From: Treponemataceae bacterium
Lineage (GTDB): Bacteria; Spirochaetota; Spirochaetia; Treponematales; Rectinemataceae
Length of the DNA stretch: 64,000 nucleotides
Direction of reading: 5' to 3'
NCBI GenBank assembly: GCA_963677895.2
Contig: CAXXGJ010000021.1
Coordinates: 65,736 to 129,735, forward strand
Numbering within the stretch: position 1 is the stretch's first letter; every line of letters starts with the position of its first letter. Below are positions 60,473 to 64,000 of the stretch, piece after piece. Made by a program: the position numbers and the translations under genes. The notes under the pieces are model-generated. The model searched no databases and was not told the origin of the DNA. It saw only the letters and a list, made by a program, of their open reading frames with translations.

Positions 60473-60502
60473 TTGACAAATGCCCCAGGATCGTGTTTCT
60501 AT
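60473..60502 (+). promoter_or_regulatory. Putative his operon promoter
   Basis: TTGACA at 60473; TG-N-TTCTAT (extended -10-like) at 60494-60502. Confidence 0.45.
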
Positions 60503-60512
60503 GGGCAATATC

Positions 60513-60605
60513 ATGAATAGCACAGTCAGTGCCACGAACGGGTTCACGACCCTCCATCATAGCCACGGTCATCATCTCAGATCGCCGGGGTCGAGTAGGG
60601 CTTAG
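60513..60605 (+). CDS. hisL: His operon leader peptide (30 aa, 5 His)
   Basis: MNSTVSATNGFTTLHHSHGHHLRSPGSSRA*, directly upstream of a terminator and hisG. Confidence 0.8.
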   Translation: MNSTVSATNGFTTLHHSHGHHLRSPGSSRA

Positions 60606-60633
60606 GTCCGTTAAGGGATAAAGCACGCTATGG

Positions 60634-60668
60634 AAAACGCCGGCTCGCCAAAGCCGGCGTTTTTATTT
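60634..60668 (+). terminator. Attenuator terminator upstream of hisG
   Basis: AAAACGCCGGCT-CGCCAA-AGCCGGCG followed by TTTTTATTT. Confidence 0.85.
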
Positions 60669-60742
60669 AGAGAACCGTGGACCATGACGGTTTCCCTGAA
60701 GAGCGCCGGCAGCCAAGACGGGCGCGGCAAAAGGGAGACACT

Positions 60743-61675
60743 ATGGATAATTCGGACAATCTTCTGAGAATCGGGCTTCCCAAGGGCAGGATGCAGGGCA
60801 AGGTCATCCAGCTTCTCTCCGACGCCGGCCTGCCCGTGAACGTCGACGAAAGGGAATATCGCCCGAGAATCGGCGGCGATTCCTCCAGCGCGGTCGGCTC
60901 AACCATGCTCCAGTACGAAGCGAAGCTCCTTAAGCCCCAGAACATCGTCGAAATGCTCGCCTCCGGCAGCCGCGACATCGGTTTCGCCGGCGCGGACTGG
61001 GTCAAGGAACTCGATGTCGACCTCGTCGAACTCTTCGACACGGGCATGGACCCCGTCAGCGTGGTGGCCGCCGCGCCGGAAACCCTCATGGCCAAAATCG
61101 GCTCCCTCGCCAACCCAAAAATGTCCTGGGAAGAAGCCTGCGGCAGGCCCCCTGTCATCGCCTCCGAATACCAGACGATAGCCAGGAAATGGATGAAGAA
61201 ACACATCTCGGGCGCGACCTTCATCCGATCCTACGGCGCCACCGAAGTGTTCCCCCCCGAGGACGCCGACCTCATCGTCGATAACTGCGCGACGGGAAGC
61301 ACGCTCAGGGCCAACGGCCTCGTCATCATCGACACGATCATGAAAAGCTCCACCCGCCTCTACGCATCCCGGAAAGCGATGGAAAACCCGGCCAAACGTG
61401 AAGCGGCCGACGCCCTCATCCTGATCCTTCGCTCCGTCCTGGAAGCGAGGAGGAGGGTTATGCTGGAAGTCAACGTCTCCGCCGCCGACCTGGAATCAGT
61501 TATCAGCATCCTGCCCTGCCTCAGGTCCCCCACCCTTTCCCCCCTCGAAGGAGGCAAGGACTTCGCCGTGCGCGTAGCCGCTCCCCGCGACAAGCTGGCG
61601 GCCCTCATTCCCGAAATCAAGCGCCGCGGCGGCACCGACATCGTCGTCACCCAGCTCAGCCAGCTCGTGCCATGA
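60743..61675 (+). CDS. hisG: ATP phosphoribosyltransferase (long form)
   Basis: GLPKGRM, GATE, IVDNCATGSTLRANGL, C-terminal PTLSPL regulatory domain. Confidence 0.93.
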   Translation: MDNSDNLLRIGLPKGRMQGKVIQLLSDAGLPVNVDEREYRPRIGGDSSSAVGSTMLQYEAKLLKPQNIVEMLASGSRDIGFAGADWVKELDVDLVELFDTGMDPVSVVAAAPETLMAKIGSLANPKMSWEEACGRPPVIASEYQTIARKWMKKHISGATFIRSYGATEVFPPEDADLIVDNCATGSTLRANGLVIIDTIMKSSTRLYASRKAMENPAKREAADALILILRSVLEARRRVMLEVNVSAADLESVISILPCLRSPTLSPLEGGKDFAVRVAAPRDKLAALIPEIKRRGGTDIVVTQLSQLVP

Positions 61676-62715
61676 AGGAGAGCCCGATCATGGAAAGAAC
61701 CGACTGGCTCAAGATCGACGCCAACGAAGGCCGCTGCATCCTGAGCGAGGAACAGCTGGGCCGCGTGCTCTCTCCCGAAGTAGCGCGCCGCTATCCCAGG
61801 GCCGATCTTCTGGAAAAGGATATCGCCGCCTTCTTCAATGTCGACGAGCATCAAGTCATCGCGACCGCCGGAGCCGACGATGCCATCGAGCGGGTTTTCA
61901 GGGCTCTGGCCGGCCCTGGCTCCAAAATCCTAACTACGGTGCCGGGTTTCGTCGAATTCCTGGACGCGGCGAAACGGACGAAGGCGACATTCGTCCCCGT
62001 CCGAAGGGAACCGATATCGGCATTCCCCACGGAAAGATTCTGTTCCCTCATCGATTCCGAAAAACCGGCCATAGCCATAGTCGCCAGCCCCGACAATCCC
62101 GCTGGCACCATGCTCGCGCTGGATGATTTCAGGAAAATCGCCGCCTGCGCCGCGAGGGGCAGCCTCTTTCTCCTCGACGTCACGTACATCGACTTCGCCG
62201 ACGACAGTTCGATATTCGACGAGGCGCTGAAAACGCCAGGCGTCCTCCTCACCGGGAGCTTCTCCAAATCCAGGGGGCTGGCCGGCTTCAGGGCAGGCTG
62301 GGGCATGACGGGCAAAGCGACCGCGGGCCTCATCGCGAGCATGAGGGAAGCCGGCCCGCCCTTCTCTCTCTCGTCGCCCGCCATCGAGGCAGCCCGTCTC
62401 GCCCTCGCCGAAGGCAGGGAGGGATACGCCGGTTTCGTGAAACGCGTCGCCGAGGAAAGGAAAATCCTGGAAGGAATCCTCGCCGGCATGGGCGCGAGGA
62501 CCTGGCCTTCCCAGGCCAACTTCGTGAGCGCCCTCGTACCGGACGCCGAAAAATTCGTCTTCGCGCTCAAGGCTCGAGGAATCCTCATCCGCTACTGGCC
62601 AGGCAACCCGGACGCCGAAGGTCTCGCGCGTATCACCTGCCCCGGCGAAAAGGCTTCATTCGACAGACTGCAATCGGCGCTTTCGCGCATGGAGGCATTT
62701 TCATGGAAAGCTTGA
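61672..62715 (+). CDS. hisC: Histidinol-phosphate aminotransferase
   Basis: DANE, GADDAI, SPDNPAG, SFSKSRGLAGFRAG, SQANF. Confidence 0.88.
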   Translation: MKESPIMERTDWLKIDANEGRCILSEEQLGRVLSPEVARRYPRADLLEKDIAAFFNVDEHQVIATAGADDAIERVFRALAGPGSKILTTVPGFVEFLDAAKRTKATFVPVRREPISAFPTERFCSLIDSEKPAIAIVASPDNPAGTMLALDDFRKIAACAARGSLFLLDVTYIDFADDSSIFDEALKTPGVLLTGSFSKSRGLAGFRAGWGMTGKATAGLIASMREAGPPFSLSSPAIEAARLALAEGREGYAGFVKRVAEERKILEGILAGMGARTWPSQANFVSALVPDAEKFVFALKARGILIRYWPGNPDAEGLARITCPGEKASFDRLQSALSRMEAFSWKA

Positions 62716-63396
62716 AGAACGACAGAACCGCGTCAAGGACGAAACAGACCTACATCATCGCCACGAGAGAGAGCAAGGAAACCAGCATAAAGGTCGAACT
62801 CGGCCTCTTTCCCGGTCCCATCTCGATCGGCACCGGCATCGGTTTCCTGGATCATATGCTGACGAGCCTAGCCTGCCACGCGGGATGGTCTCTCGTCCTC
62901 GACTGCGAAGGCGACATGGTAGTGGACGACCACCACAGCGTCGAGGACTGCGCCATCACGCTCGGGATCGCCCTCAGGGAAGCCATCGTCGAGCGCGGCG
63001 CCATCGCCCGCTTCGGGTATGCCTACGCTCCCCTGGACGAATCTCTCGCCAGGGCCGTGGTCGACGTCTCGGGCCGCCCCTTCTGCGACTGCGATCTCCA
63101 GCTTGAGCGAGAGGCGATCGGCGAATTGGCGACCGAAAACATTGGCCACTTCTTCGCCAGTCTCGCAACGAACGCTGGCCTGACCCTCCATGTCGATGTC
63201 CTCAAGGGTTCCAACGATCACCACAAGGCGGAAGCCGCCTTCAAGGCGCTCGCTCTCGCGCTGCGGGAGGCGCTCACGCCGGCCGTTGCCATGGCGTCGG
63301 CCTCTGATGCCGAGAATGCCCCTGCGAGCACGAAGGGAACGACGGTGATCAAGGTGACGAAGCGGGAAAAGGCCAGCGAGGAAAAAAAACGAATGA
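62703..63396 (+). CDS. hisB: Imidazoleglycerol-phosphate dehydratase (reads in frame into hisH as assembled)
   Basis: TGIGFLDHML, VDDHHSVED, APLDE, NDHHKAEAAFKA, STKG. Absent from the ORF track because the frame has no stop inside the window. Confidence 0.92.
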
Positions 63397-64000
63397 AGGG
63401 TCCAATTCTCACCATCGCGGCAACGGGTGCCGCCAATCTGGCGTCGGTGAAGGCCATGTGCGCCAGAGCCGGCGTCGAAGCCCTCGTAACCGAAGATCCC
63501 GAGGTTCTCTACAAGGCCGAGAGAGCCCTCCTCCCCGGCGTGGGGGCTTTCGGCGCGGCGCTCGCCAAGCTCAGGCGCTCCGGCCTCGACAAGGCGCTCG
63601 CGGCGCGCATCGCCGAAGACCGTCCCACGATGGGCATCTGTCTCGGCATGCAGATGCTCTGCGCGTCGAGCGAGGAAACCGCAGGCGTGCCCGGCATCGG
63701 CGCCATCCCCTGCGCCGTCAGGAAGCTCAAGACCGAGCTTCCCCTGCCCCAGCTGGGCTGGAACAGGTTGCGGCCGGCGCCAGGCGACAGCTTCCTCAAG
63801 CCAGGCTGGGCCTATTTCGCCAATTCGTACATGGTCGCGGAGGCGCCGGAAGGCTATGTCACGGCATCCTGCGTCTACGGGGAGAAGTTCGCCGCGACGC
63901 TGGAAGGCCGCTTCGACGCGGCGACGGAAACGCCGGGGATTCTGCTCTGCCAGTTCCACCCCGAGCTTTCGGGCCGCTGGGGTCTCGACCTCTTCATGCG
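63393..64000 (+). CDS. hisH: Imidazole glycerol phosphate synthase glutaminase subunit (truncated by the window end)
   Basis: ANLASV, LPGVGAF, GICLGMQML, PQLGWN, QFHPELS. Confidence 0.92.
   Translation, partial: MKGPILTIAATGAANLASVKAMCARAGVEALVTEDPEVLYKAERALLPGVGAFGAALAKLRRSGLDKALAARIAEDRPTMGICLGMQMLCASSEETAGVPGIGAIPCAVRKLKTELPLPQLGWNRLRPAPGDSFLKPGWAYFANSYMVAEAPEGYVTASCVYGEKFAATLEGRFDAATETPGILLCQFHPELSGRWGLDLFM

Overview
64 kb of GC-rich bacterial chromosome, most likely from a Spirochaetota member (Treponematales/Rectinema-like, inferred from gene content such as lolA-rodZ-rimO-pcrA, a GerMN protein and a flavinylated FMN-binding protein). Most genes are housekeeping or metabolic: pfp, glgA, an acyl-CoA ligase, a wecA-like gene, gcvT-H-PA-PB, ornithine decarboxylase, galK, a sugar ABC system, msmX, rsmI and the start of the his operon. 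I saw no rRNA, tRNA, CRISPR array or transposase. At least seven genes carry single-base frameshifts, several at homopolymer runs, which points to long-read assembly errors. The main candidate for an undescribed system is a ~12 kb minus-strand cluster (39.9-51.9 kb). It combines a TAXI-TRAP importer, a two-Cys racemase-like enzyme, two paralogous FCD regulators and a five-piece flavin/Fe-S imino-acid dehydrogenase, interleaved with canonical dapA, asd and a short aspartokinase but no dapB. Two near-twin promoters in it share an ACTC-N10-GAGT palindrome. Other highlights are an unannotated His-rich leader peptide and attenuator before hisG, an ACG codon where gcvT should start, structured leaders before the ornithine decarboxylase and a 36-aa Lys-rich ORF, and several in-frame repeat expansions.
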